Of a stretch of DNA of 31,169 nt, positions 17,635 through 26,542 are shown piece after piece. The notes beneath the pieces are model-generated. The model searched no databases and was not told the origin of the DNA. It worked only from the letters and a program-made list of their open reading frames with translations. The position numbers and the translations under genes are program-made. The DNA comes from a virus (lineage: Duplodnaviria > Caudoviricetes), in the IMG/VR virus record IMGVR_UViG_3300048576_000577, positions 1 through 31,169 of that record. One strand, 5' to 3'. Every line of letters begins with the position of its first letter. Within the stretch, counting starts at the first letter, position 1.

Positions 17635-17817
17635 TTATCCTTTCAGTGCGAACAGTAGTGCTATGAATATATAACTGCCGAGCGCTATGAATCCCGCCGG
17701 CACAAAGATCATCATCACACCAAGCGTTATAAAAAATCCTGCGGACAGGTAAAGCATTTCGGGCTTGTTCTTTTTGATGAAGCTCAGGAGCCTTTCTTTT
17801 TTCGTCGTCTTTTCCAT
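17635..17817 (-). CDS. Small two-TM membrane protein
   Basis: GGAGG RBS; MLYLSAGFFITLGVMMIFVPAGFIALGSYIFIALLF. Confidence 0.75.
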   Translation of the reverse strand: MEKTTKKERLLSFIKKNKPEMLYLSAGFFITLGVMMIFVPAGFIALGSYIFIALLFALKG

Positions 17818-17822
17818 CAGGT

Positions 17823-19565
17823 CTATTCCTCCCATCCTTGATAATCTACGAAGTCCTGGGCGCATCTCAGGAATGCCACGTAAGCGATCAGGAACGATAC
17901 TAGTCCATCAATCCTGCCGGCGGCCTTCGCCTTGTTCGGCTGGATATTGTTGTTAATGTCCGCCCGGATCGCAGTATTACTGACACACCACCGGAAGAGT
18001 CCGTTGTGCCGGTTATACTCAATGATCTTATCTTCGAACAGGACCCTTGTTTCCTTCATCGGTTCCGACAGCGTCTTCGCTCCCTGGATGACTTCGGAAA
18101 GGACACCGTTACCATCCTTATCCTCGATGGAGTATCCTCCCTCTTCAACCATTCCGTCCAGCCAGTCATCAGCATGCCATCGGTCATATCCGATCTTCAG
18201 GTAAGTGAGCTTGTACTGATCCTCCATGTCGACGATCCATTTCGTGACGTCAGACTTTCTGACCTTAGATCCTTCACAGATATGGAGCAGCTCGTCGTTC
18301 ACCGGGCATTCAGATCCTGTTTTAGTGAAGCTCTCGTATGACTGCTTGTCACGCTTTGAGTTCTTGATCAGCCTGGCGCTGGCGATGAAATATTTCTGGA
18401 AGATCTTAAGGCGTCCATTGAGCGGGACCATGATCGTCGCGCAGCACAGGTCCGTCGTTTCCGCAAGATCCACACCTACGACGGCGTAGGTATCCACGAC
18501 CTCTTCAATGTGAAGATTCGATGCGCATTTGTCTGTCTGGATCTTGTCGTAATAGATGATTGACTGATTACTTGCTCGATTCAGGTTCTTCGCAAGGAAA
18601 GACGGGAGCATGGCTGGGTCATTCAGAGTTTTCTGGTATTCCGCCTTCAGGTACCGCATCGTCGGTCTCTCTCCTAGTGCTGGATTCGCTTTTTTCCAGC
18701 ACTTCGGATTCCTATAATCGTCATTGTCGTCTATCCGGAAGATCATCGGGAAGAGCCGCTCTTTACTCTGGCCATCCAGTACCTTCTGGCAGCGTTCGAA
18801 AATGCTATCGAAAATCCCTTCACGGACGAATCCAAACGATGAGATGATCAGTCCAAGGGGCTGAGACCTGGCACCGGTGGCGGAGCTGAAGACGTCGTAT
18901 GTATTTCTTACCGTGATCGCCTGCAGCTCGTCGATGGTATAACAATGCGGGTTGAGTCCGTCCTGGCTTTCCGAGTTCTTGCTTCCGGCCTTCATGTAGG
19001 ATCCGGTCGACGGCACGACGATGATCTCATCGTTGTCGGTATCTCGCTTAGTCCTCCAGTATCTTTTTGGATCATCCTCCGGCGTGAAGCTGCTGCTCTC
19101 CAGCATCTGTTTTGCCTTGCCGTATACGATGGCTGCCTGCTGCTTCTTCGTCGCAAGGTTCCAAATCTGGGCGGCTGGCTCTCCATCAGCCAGGAGCATG
19201 TAGTCGGCAAGCGCCGAAACGAACAGAGACTTTCCCCACTTCCTGGCTACAAACAGGACTGCCTCGGTATAATACCGGATCTCCGCCTTTGTCTCCTTGT
19301 CGAAAGTATAAAACCCGAACACACAGGCGACGAAATACTTCTGAGCTACATCCAGTTCAAGCGGCTTCCCGGCAAACTGCCGGCCTTCACGATGATGAAA
19401 CTCACGGCAGAAGTCGATCACCCTCTCAACCTTATGAGGTTTCTGGATGATCTTCTTATCCTTCACCATCTTCTCCGTGAGCCTCTTCAGTTTGTGGATG
19501 TCCACTCCGAAGTCATCCGGATGCTTCTCTATTAACTTGTGGAAATCGTTGATATAGTTCAGCAT
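17823..19565 (-). CDS. terL: Terminase large subunit
   Basis: ARKWGKS Walker A, YTIDEL Walker B, KANPALG, nuclease motifs GVDLAETTDL and RIDGLVS. Confidence 0.97.
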   Translation of the reverse strand: MLNYINDFHKLIEKHPDDFGVDIHKLKRLTEKMVKDKKIIQKPHKVERVIDFCREFHHREGRQFAGKPLELDVAQKYFVACVFGFYTFDKETKAEIRYYTEAVLFVARKWGKSLFVSALADYMLLADGEPAAQIWNLATKKQQAAIVYGKAKQMLESSSFTPEDDPKRYWRTKRDTDNDEIIVVPSTGSYMKAGSKNSESQDGLNPHCYTIDELQAITVRNTYDVFSSATGARSQPLGLIISSFGFVREGIFDSIFERCQKVLDGQSKERLFPMIFRIDDNDDYRNPKCWKKANPALGERPTMRYLKAEYQKTLNDPAMLPSFLAKNLNRASNQSIIYYDKIQTDKCASNLHIEEVVDTYAVVGVDLAETTDLCCATIMVPLNGRLKIFQKYFIASARLIKNSKRDKQSYESFTKTGSECPVNDELLHICEGSKVRKSDVTKWIVDMEDQYKLTYLKIGYDRWHADDWLDGMVEEGGYSIEDKDGNGVLSEVIQGAKTLSEPMKETRVLFEDKIIEYNRHNGLFRWCVSNTAIRADINNNIQPNKAKAAGRIDGLVSFLIAYVAFLRCAQDFVDYQGWEE

Positions 19566-19915
19566 TAATCCTCTGCTCCTGCATCTAAGAAGTTCTGAAT
19601 GCGATCTTTCTTTTTGCCAGATGTCCCGCCGCTGCCGACCGACATGATCAGCGTTTTGATCAGGTTGTTGAACTGATTGCTGTATGCCTTATATTCTTTG
19701 ATCGCCGGGTTGACTACCATGTTTTTTGAGCCGTTTTTATTCGTATATTCCTTTAAAACAGGGCTTTTTTCGTAGGAATTATATAGGTTATTTCGTATAG
19801 ATTCGACCCTTTCCAGCTCACAAAGTACGCTATCTTGAATTGAGCTCAAAGGCTGATTTTTACTGAGCTCCTCACGGATCGCGATCGTCTTGCTCGGCTC
19901 CATTTTTTTTGCCAT
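19565..19915 (-). CDS. terS: Terminase small subunit (P27-like)
   Basis: EYTNKNGSKNMVVNPAIKEYKAY; GGGGGTGA RBS before MAKK. Confidence 0.88.
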   Translation of the reverse strand: MAKKMEPSKTIAIREELSKNQPLSSIQDSVLCELERVESIRNNLYNSYEKSPVLKEYTNKNGSKNMVVNPAIKEYKAYSNQFNNLIKTLIMSVGSGGTSGKKKDRIQNFLDAGAED

Positions 19916-19962
19916 TTTTGTTTCACCCCCTTTACATGTGCGAACTCGAGTGAAAAGAAATG

Positions 19963-19972
19963 CCCCAACCCG
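19963..19972 (-). other. Candidate cos site
   Basis: GACCGGGTTGGGGC lies between the HNH gene and terS, downstream of ATACCCCGCCC. Confidence 0.45.
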
Positions 19973-19973
19973 G

Positions 19974-20321
19974 TCAAGGAGATCCGCGATTTCTCGCAGA
20001 GGGTGGGCGGGGTATCTCCACCGGTAAAATATAATTCTCGAGTCCGCTGTCTGCCTTTCCGTCCTTGGTCTTCTCATGGCACTCCCAGCAGAGGCTGACC
20101 AGGTTGTCCGGATCATATGCCTCATCTTCAGTGCAGTGGATCAGCTTCTTGATGTGATGGACTTCTGTTGCTGCCTTGATGATTCCCTTCGCCAGACAAT
20201 GCTGGCAGAGATAGTCATCCCTGATCAGTACGTCCTCTCTCGTATCAAGCCAGCGCTGATGCTTGTAGAAGTTCTTTGGCGGCTGCCATCTGGCTCGCCT
20301 GTCACACCTCCTCGATCTCAA
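19974..20321 (-). CDS. Terminase-associated HNH endonuclease (HK97 gp74-like)
   Basis: FY...W...R..VLIRDDYLCQHC...ATEVHHI...NLVSLCWECHEKT; AAGGAG RBS with TTG start. Confidence 0.92.
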   Translation of the reverse strand: MRSRRCDRRARWQPPKNFYKHQRWLDTREDVLIRDDYLCQHCLAKGIIKAATEVHHIKKLIHCTEDEAYDPDNLVSLCWECHEKTKDGKADSGLENYILPVEIPRPPSARNRGSP

Positions 20322-20691
20322 TGCCTATCTCCTTCATGAGCTTCTTCTTCATGACATACTCCTTGGTCCTCACTCCCTTGGCATCCTCCACTACAAACCG
20401 CCTTCTCCGGATATCGTAATATACAAAGTCGGCGATATAGCAGAGACCTCCCGCCAGAGGGAATGGAACCTGGATCATCAGAGAAGAGATCTCACGTGCT
20501 TGATACATCAGCTTAAGCTCACCATATCTCTCAGCCTCATGCCTACTTGGAAAGACATGGCCATCAGCTTCAGTCCTGATGTTGTGGTATTTGAGATCCT
20601 TCGCAACATTGCAGCTGACACCGAGCTTTTCACGCGCCTGCTGTCTTAATGACTCTGGAAGATCATCGATTCGGTCTGCCCTTAATGCCAT
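20302..20691 (-). CDS. DUF1064 PD-(D/E)XK nuclease
   Basis: KYHN.RT..DG..FPSRHEAERY, YIADFVY, VVEDAKG, Y..KKKLM. Confidence 0.9.
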   Translation of the reverse strand: MALRADRIDDLPESLRQQAREKLGVSCNVAKDLKYHNIRTEADGHVFPSRHEAERYGELKLMYQAREISSLMIQVPFPLAGGLCYIADFVYYDIRRRRFVVEDAKGVRTKEYVMKKKLMKEIGIEIEEV

Positions 20692-21487
20692 CGCCTCCAG
20701 CTCCCTTCCCGGTTTTACCTTTTACTCTGTGAGGATAACGCCTCATCTTCACCAGGAATCTTAATGTCCCTTCTCCCTCATCGTTCTCCCGGTCCACTGT
20801 GCAGTCTGTGAAGATCCACTCAGGATACAGCCGCTCAAACAAAGCCCTGTCTTCTGGGTTATTCTCCATCCTTGAGATATGTCTGGGCTTAAGCCGGCCG
20901 TCCCTGATCTTTGGTTCTGGCTTCAGAAGTCCAACCGAGCTGCCCCAAGATCTATCTCCTTTTGCCTGGTTTGCCATGTAGATCGACTTACCCTCGACAC
21001 CATGCTCGTTGAACTGCAGCCTGTCCGTATTTGCCATGCCCTTACCCCAAAGCTTCTCCGCCTGGTCTCGGTCCATGTTGGCCAGATACATGTGAACGTG
21101 ATACCTGACCTTATTACCGTTGTTGTCAGTGTTCGATATCACATAGACATATCTGAACGATGACGGCAGCCCTGCATTCCTTCTGGCTCTCCTCAACCTA
21201 GCGACATAATTCTTAACGTCCCGGATGATCTCGTCCCTTGTCTCTGGAATATTCTCTTTGTCATAAGTCAGGTCGACCGCCAGATCCTCTTCAGTGAAGT
21301 TCAGGTGGATCAGTCTGACGAAATATCTCTTTGCTTTTTTATCATTCAGATTTTTCTGCTTGGAGGTTGACTCATTGACCTTGGTCGACCTGGTGTATGT
21401 TTTCTCCCGATCTGGCTTGATGAAGACTTCGACCTCCATAAAGTTTCCGCATATGTATTTCTTTTCTCTGAAATTTTCACTATACAT
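20663..21487 (-). CDS. HUH-superfamily rolling-circle replication initiator
   Basis: Motif I DLTY, motif II RYHVHMYL, motif III IYMAN; likely start MYSENF after GGAG. Confidence 0.8.
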   Translation of the reverse strand: MYSENFREKKYICGNFMEVEVFIKPDREKTYTRSTKVNESTSKQKNLNDKKAKRYFVRLIHLNFTEEDLAVDLTYDKENIPETRDEIIRDVKNYVARLRRARRNAGLPSSFRYVYVISNTDNNGNKVRYHVHMYLANMDRDQAEKLWGKGMANTDRLQFNEHGVEGKSIYMANQAKGDRSWGSSVGLLKPEPKIRDGRLKPRHISRMENNPEDRALFERLYPEWIFTDCTVDRENDEGEGTLRFLVKMRRYPHRVKGKTGKGAGGDGIKGRPNR

Positions 21488-21660
21488 TTTCTCGATGCTC
21501 CACTTCTTACTACCCATTACGAGCTCGAATGCTCCGTACCGAGCGCCGTGTATTACCCTATTCAAATCCTCTTCAATGGTCTATTACCAATGCCTAGGCA
21601 GGTTCACGGCCCGCCTAGGCTTATTAGTTCTTACCTTTATATAGAGATATCTCGATTATC

Positions 21661-22146
21661 TTACTTGGAGCACTTGCCCGCCATGAGCCTAAATGTTGCT
21701 GCGTTCATAGCAAGGATAGCGTCTCTGACCCATTGATCCTCCCATCGGTCTTCATCAGGGACATCATTGTTACATATAAATGTAGACAAATCATCCACTG
21801 CCCTGTCCAAGGCGGCTATTATCATACCATCACCGGCGACATCACCGCACCTGCAGCCTTCGGCCTTAACTGTTGCAGCACCGTCAGCAATGGCCTTGAT
21901 CACATCGTTACTCAATGCAAAGATCTCGTTGTCCCAGGTTATAAGCGTCTGATCAGGCGTGAAGTGAAATCCTGCTCTGCCATCAGAAATTATGTAACAT
22001 GAATCAGTCTCATGGCTTACCGGATGGCCTTCATATTCGAATGACCAGGGCATTTCGTTATAGATATTCGTTGTTTGAGTTTTCCCGTACTCAACAAACT
22101 CTGCAAAAGTGATAGCCTTTAAGGATGCTTTGATTTCATTTTTCAT
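21661..22146 (-). CDS. Phage hypothetical protein
   Basis: AITF.EFVEYG..MPWSF.Y.GHPVSHE.D.CY pattern; GGGAG RBS. Confidence 0.75.
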   Translation of the reverse strand: MKNEIKASLKAITFAEFVEYGKTQTTNIYNEMPWSFEYEGHPVSHETDSCYIISDGRAGFHFTPDQTLITWDNEIFALSNDVIKAIADGAATVKAEGCRCGDVAGDGMIIAALDRAVDDLSTFICNNDVPDEDRWEDQWVRDAILAMNAATFRLMAGKCSK

Positions 22147-22178
22147 CTTAATAACTCCCTTCAAATTTAGATCTTCTG

Positions 22179-22658
22179 CTATTCAATACCTTCACCATAC
22201 CAATTCCACAATCCTTGCCGACCGGTTTCCGGCACCGGCTTACTGAATGCCACAGGATCCGTAAATATCCACCCATATCTGCCCGGAGACCAATCGCCAC
22301 AAGCCCGTTCCAGAGGAGTGTCATACATAGTTCCATAAAGGCTCTCGATCGGGACACAGTCAGCAAGAGTGACAACTCCGAGTACAGCGCCGAACATTTC
22401 GGCAGGGATAGCCCTCTCAAGATAAGACATTTGAGTAGAGGCAACATTTTCACCCCTGCGATCGAGCTGAGATTCTATCTGCTGATACACCTCATGGTCA
22501 ACCAACTTAAACTTCGCAGCATGTATGGCCAATGGTCCCTGGTAATTTGTCTTCCAGCTGCGCGTCTCAATCCTCTTCATTGGTTGCCGAGGAGAAATAT
22601 ATTCCAATTGCTTCAAGAGGGCCCAGGCCCAAGGTTGCCATAACGTCAAAGCCTTCAT
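22179..22658 (-). CDS. ASCH domain protein
   Basis: MKALTLWQPWA, KRIETRSWKTNY.GPLAIHAAK, GRQGLW. Confidence 0.92.
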   Translation of the reverse strand: MKALTLWQPWAWALLKQLEYISPRQPMKRIETRSWKTNYQGPLAIHAAKFKLVDHEVYQQIESQLDRRGENVASTQMSYLERAIPAEMFGAVLGVVTLADCVPIESLYGTMYDTPLERACGDWSPGRYGWIFTDPVAFSKPVPETGRQGLWNWYGEGIE

Positions 22659-22952
22659 CTATTTACCTCGATTCTGCTTACGGCTCTCTTTTGCCATCCT
22701 GCGTCGTTTCTTGCTGTTCGCGCCGGCATGAGCTTGCTTCTGCTGAGACTTCGCCCAATTTACAAGGGGAGTATCCTTTTCCATATCAACTATAACGCGA
22801 TCCTGGCCGCCTAGTTCCTGCTCCGCTTCGCCTTGAAGCTTCTTTGGTACATCAGTAAACCCTGCAGCCCGGAGATCTGCACGGTTCATTGGCTCTCCAT
22901 ATAGTTCTTTAAGCGCTTCACCGCTTATCAATTCTCCCGTATTTACGTTCAT
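22659..22952 (-). CDS. Hypothetical protein with basic C-terminus
   Basis: AAAGGA RBS; abuts the ASCH gene; KKRRRMAKESRKQNR tail. Confidence 0.75.
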   Translation of the reverse strand: MNVNTGELISGEALKELYGEPMNRADLRAAGFTDVPKKLQGEAEQELGGQDRVIVDMEKDTPLVNWAKSQQKQAHAGANSKKRRRMAKESRKQNRGK

Positions 22953-22983
22953 TTTTATTGTCCTTTCTGGAGGATCCCTCCGA

Positions 22984-23778
22984 CTATACCCTCACACGCT
23001 TCGGCTTCTTCGCCTTCTTTTCCTGCTGCCAGATCTTCGAACAGACATCAGCAATCAGGATCCCCGTCCTCGTTAGATCTGCACTGGACTGTATCAGTCC
23101 TTTATGGTTCAACACGGCGAGTTGTGCCTGTGATGCTAAAATCAAATTATCAATATCAAAGTTCAGCCGGTTCCCGTCTCCAAATATGATCACATGCTTT
23201 GCAGGTCTTGGACCATTAACAGCCTCCCATATTAGAACGTGCTTTTGTCGCCACTTATTCGGATCCGCGATCTTCACCCAGACATATCCATCATCCCTGA
23301 AAACCTCAGTTCCGATCGGTCTGTAATTGTGCGGCTTGTGTCCTGCTTTGAATTCCGTCTCTGGCGATATGCGCCATCCCTTCTGAATGCACTTGAAAGG
23401 TTTATGACCTTTTGGGAAGCGCCCTGTTCGACCGCTGTTTAATTTGAACCTGGCATAAATCGCCTTCATTTGTCCTTTGGTGTAGCTGGTCCCAAATTTC
23501 TCATTCAGTAGGTCAGCCATGCCTTGATGCCCCACTCCGACAAAATTACTCCTTATGAATTCCCGGACTGCTGCCGGATACAGTTCTGTTTCCCTACCTG
23601 CAGGAAGGCCGCATGGATTACCGTTTCTAATTTTATGATTTTTCATATACGCCCTGATCTGCGACCGAGTGAGCGTCGTTCCATATTCAGCATTAATCAT
23701 ATCCGTCAATTCGTAAGTTGAGCGCCCGCTGGCATTTCTTTCAATAAATGCGGCAATCTCTTCCGGATACTTTTTCAC
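22984..23778 (-). CDS. HNH_3-type endonuclease-like protein with repeated N-terminal helical domains
   Basis: GRFPKGHKP, DGYVWVKI, KHVLIWE..NGP, IFGDGNRLNFDIDNL. Confidence 0.88.
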   Translation of the reverse strand: MKKYPEEIAAFIERNASGRSTYELTDMINAEYGTTLTRSQIRAYMKNHKIRNGNPCGLPAGRETELYPAAVREFIRSNFVGVGHQGMADLLNEKFGTSYTKGQMKAIYARFKLNSGRTGRFPKGHKPFKCIQKGWRISPETEFKAGHKPHNYRPIGTEVFRDDGYVWVKIADPNKWRQKHVLIWEAVNGPRPAKHVIIFGDGNRLNFDIDNLILASQAQLAVLNHKGLIQSSADLTRTGILIADVCSKIWQQEKKAKKPKRVRV

Positions 23779-23782
23779 CAGA

Positions 23783-24016
23783 TCAGCCCTCAAGCATTGG
23801 CGGCAGCTTCATGTCGGCCCGCATACTGTCACCGACTGCGATCTGCGCCTTTAAAACCAGGGAGGCATTGGATACGACCTGCTCAGCAACCTCGTTGATC
23901 GCCTTGGCACGACTGATCTCTTCAATAAGCTTTTCCCCGGTCAGGGATTCATCTCCCAAGCGCTCCAGCTCGGCAAAGAGATGATTGTTCAGATCCGACA
24001 ATTTATTCTGTGTCAT
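23783..24016 (-). CDS. Conserved phage protein typically paired with this HNH type
   Basis: NKLSDLNNHLFAELERL.DE...EEISRAKAI. Confidence 0.85.
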   Translation of the reverse strand: MTQNKLSDLNNHLFAELERLGDESLTGEKLIEEISRAKAINEVAEQVVSNASLVLKAQIAVGDSMRADMKLPPMLEG

Positions 24017-24019
24017 GGT

Positions 24020-24211
24020 TTACCTACCTTTCAAAACAGACCTCACAAGCCACAGCGATTCTTTGGCGAATTGTTTCAGTCCTCTAAGCGATACCTGCAA
24101 AATCCAGCACCCTTCAGCAGCTAGGATCAGGATGTCAGTAATCCGGATGATGTGCTCTAAGTCATCCTCGATAAAATCCATCACCTCAGATCTCACTTCT
24201 GTCATTCTCAC
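24020..24211 (-). CDS. Hypothetical protein
   Basis: GGAGG RBS; GTGA overlap with the upstream stop; fills the gap. Confidence 0.55.
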   Translation of the reverse strand: MRMTEVRSEVMDFIEDDLEHIIRITDILILAAEGCWILQVSLRGLKQFAKESLWLVRSVLKGR

Positions 24212-25005
24212 TGCGCCTCCTTCAACTTCCCGATCATGGCCGCTGCCTTATCGATGTTTTCTGTTTTATACATGCTGTAGACCTTGCCTCTGATTGCTTT
24301 ACTTGAGCGCTTAAGCTCATTTGTCATGACTTCATAGCTCGTCCTTCGTCCCAGCAGGTCCACAAGCTTTCTGCATTCTTCATCCGTCCACAGATTATGA
24401 TTATCTTGCTTCAAGGGTCTGGCCTTTAGCTGGAGCGTCGATATCCTTCTCATGACCGCGCCTTCCGTTCGGTGCAGCCTGACTGCAATTTCAAAGCAGG
24501 TATACTTGAATTCATTCAGAAGGCTTTTAAGGATCTGATCCTCTTCAGGAGTCCAAGGCGTCTGCCTTACTGCCAGGGATCTCTTCTGTGAGATCTTCCG
24601 TATATCGTCGACCCAAGCCGGCTCTTTTCCCAAGATGTTCTTTTCGACCTTTGACCAGTCAATGAAGCTTCGATTTTCCTTCGCCCACTTCCAAAAGTCC
24701 GTGATGTAGACTACTCGCCAGCGGCATTTCCCGACCTTCTTCATTTTTACTGGAAAGCCTTTATTCTTGATCCATGAAGTCGGCTTGTAACTGTAGCTCG
24801 CAACACCAAGAGCAATAAGCAGCTGATTAAAAGTGACATACTCACCGCTCTCCAGGAAGGGGCCGAGTCCAAGTCGGCAAACTTTGATCATGACGGCATT
24901 CTTATTTCTCTTCAGCGCCTTACAGATCGCATCAATCGACTTGGACCCCCAATTATCTTTCAGATAGTCAGAATCCTGCTCGGTCCAGTTCTTCCCCTGT
25001 CCCAT
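24208..25005 (-). CDS. Protein with three Myb/SANT-like HTH repeats
   Basis: NWTEQDSDYL, PWTPEEDQIL, LWTDEECRKL, each followed by L.R(S/T/N)..A(V/I). Confidence 0.8.
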   Translation of the reverse strand: MGQGKNWTEQDSDYLKDNWGSKSIDAICKALKRNKNAVMIKVCRLGLGPFLESGEYVTFNQLLIALGVASYSYKPTSWIKNKGFPVKMKKVGKCRWRVVYITDFWKWAKENRSFIDWSKVEKNILGKEPAWVDDIRKISQKRSLAVRQTPWTPEEDQILKSLLNEFKYTCFEIAVRLHRTEGAVMRRISTLQLKARPLKQDNHNLWTDEECRKLVDLLGRRTSYEVMTNELKRSSKAIRGKVYSMYKTENIDKAAAMIGKLKEAQ

Positions 25006-25011
25006 GGCCGG

Positions 25012-26211
25012 CTACTCTCCATCGGCTCCGTGGCCTTCGGATCCCAGATTACACCAATCCAGACTCGGCCAGTCGTAGCAATCCGGAGAGAGCTCTGCGA
25101 CCCATTCGACGATTTTTCTCAGCTCCTGTACAAGATCATCGATATTTCCTACCACGTACCCACTGGCCTCCGGCCTTTCCTTGTAGGCATCCACATAGAT
25201 CTTCATGATCTTCTTATCAGGGAGATCATTGGCGACTTTTTCAAAGAAAGCCTCAAGGTTGTCGGTTATGTAGGATATGGCCGACTGAGGCATGACCTCG
25301 ACACGTTCCTTCTCGGAACCGGTCGCTTCCCGTAGCTCATTACGCAGTTTATAATTTTCATTCGAGAGCTCAGTGGTTCTTTTCTGATAATAATCTCCGT
25401 TCCGTGCCTTCCAGTCCAGATTGTTCGCCTTCGCCTCTGCGTCTCTCACTGCCTGCTTATATTGCTCGATCTCTTTCTGGAGCTGCCTGATACTCATCTT
25501 CCCGACATCGTTCCCCTGGACAAATCCCTCGCGCTCATCAACAGGGATCGCGCAGAGGGCGAGCGCCTGAGAGTACCCCAAATTCCGAAACGTATCGGAA
25601 TTTATTGAGCCGAAAAGGCTGAGCTGCGAAGGACCATATTCGCGGAAAAGCTTCATCAGATTCTCAGCTGTGTCCTGAGAATAGTTGACCTTTTCAGAAA
25701 GCCATCCACCCCATCCGCCATGGCCGACCATTTCCTTTGCCTCCGTCAGCTTCCCGCCGATCGTGATGGAGTTGATCAAGACCGTCTTCATTGTCTGCGT
25801 CTTGATCGCGTTGATCTCCGATGCGATTACATCCGGAGTCCTGGCTTCTGCGAGATCCTCCGGAGCAGGTACGGCCAAAGAATTCTCATCTGTCGTCGGA
25901 GCAGCGTCCAGATATCTATTAAACAAATGACAGCCGCCTTCCTGGGCTCTGCGATAATATGTAGACCGGAAACGATCGATACCGTCAAACATGCAGTGAC
26001 ATAATTCAGGAGCATCGCCTGCATTCTGCCGGCAGAGATCCTGACTATTCAGCGAAGCATTGCAGCAGTGGCCGCATGTCTTCAGCTCCTCATGATCCTC
26101 ATCAGAATCTCTGCATGGTATCATCCACATCCGCAGCGGAATCATGATATGTCTGCAGAGACACGAGGTTGCAATATGAGCAGTCAAGCTCGAGGCCTTC
26201 CCGGGCTTCAC
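25012..26211 (-). CDS. DUF3102 domain protein; 5' end uncertain, may be frameshifted from 26102-26488
   Basis: RTPDVIASEIN..IGGKLTEAKEMVGHGGWGGWL..VNYSQDTAENLMKLF. Confidence 0.85.
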   Translation of the reverse strand: MKPGKASSLTAHIATSCLCRHIMIPLRMWMIPCRDSDEDHEELKTCGHCCNASLNSQDLCRQNAGDAPELCHCMFDGIDRFRSTYYRRAQEGGCHLFNRYLDAAPTTDENSLAVPAPEDLAEARTPDVIASEINAIKTQTMKTVLINSITIGGKLTEAKEMVGHGGWGGWLSEKVNYSQDTAENLMKLFREYGPSQLSLFGSINSDTFRNLGYSQALALCAIPVDEREGFVQGNDVGKMSIRQLQKEIEQYKQAVRDAEAKANNLDWKARNGDYYQKRTTELSNENYKLRNELREATGSEKERVEVMPQSAISYITDNLEAFFEKVANDLPDKKIMKIYVDAYKERPEASGYVVGNIDDLVQELRKIVEWVAELSPDCYDWPSLDWCNLGSEGHGADGE

Positions 26212-26488
26212 TCTCGTCTTTATATGAGAAAAACGGACACCTGACGCGCCATGGTCCCTCGATCACTTTTTCAATGATCAGCGAGGCCGAATCATCTTCG
26301 GATTCGCCTTCCGGGGATTCAATAAGATTCTCATATGAATTCATTTCATCCATTTCATGATCCTCTAAGAATTCCTCACGATCCTGATCGTCCGTTTCAT
26401 ATTCTTCAGCGTCTTCGTTGTCCGTCATTTCAATATCTTCCGTCATTTCTTCTGTAGGCTCTATTACTTTAGTCTTTTTCTTTGCCAT
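26102..26488 (-). CDS. Acidic hypothetical protein with Cys motif (CPFF..C)
   Basis: GGAGG RBS; D/E-rich N-terminus. Confidence 0.75.
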   Translation of the reverse strand: MAKKKTKVIEPTEEMTEDIEMTDNEDAEEYETDDQDREEFLEDHEMDEMNSYENLIESPEGESEDDSASLIIEKVIEGPWRVRCPFFSYKDESEAREGLELDCSYCNLVSLQTYHDSAADVDDTMQRF

Positions 26489-26507
26489 GGTCTAAAACCT
26501 CCACGCC

Positions 26508-26536
26508 TTGACAATTCGCAAGGCCAAAACTATAAT
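26508..26536 (+). promoter_or_regulatory. Perfect consensus sigma-A promoter
   Basis: TTGACA(26508-13)-17-TATAAT(26531-36). Confidence 0.88.
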
Positions 26537-26542
26537 CTAGAT

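Noticed and set aside
9447-19535. Long + strand ORFs opposite the structural genes (e.g. 10089-10664, 14785-15411, 18945-19535)
   Set aside because: Antisense shadows of well-supported minus-strand genes, with no RBS or motifs.
19916-20125. 70-aa N-terminal extension of TerS in the ORF track
   Set aside because: Overlaps the HNH gene and cos region; a good RBS supports the start at 19915.
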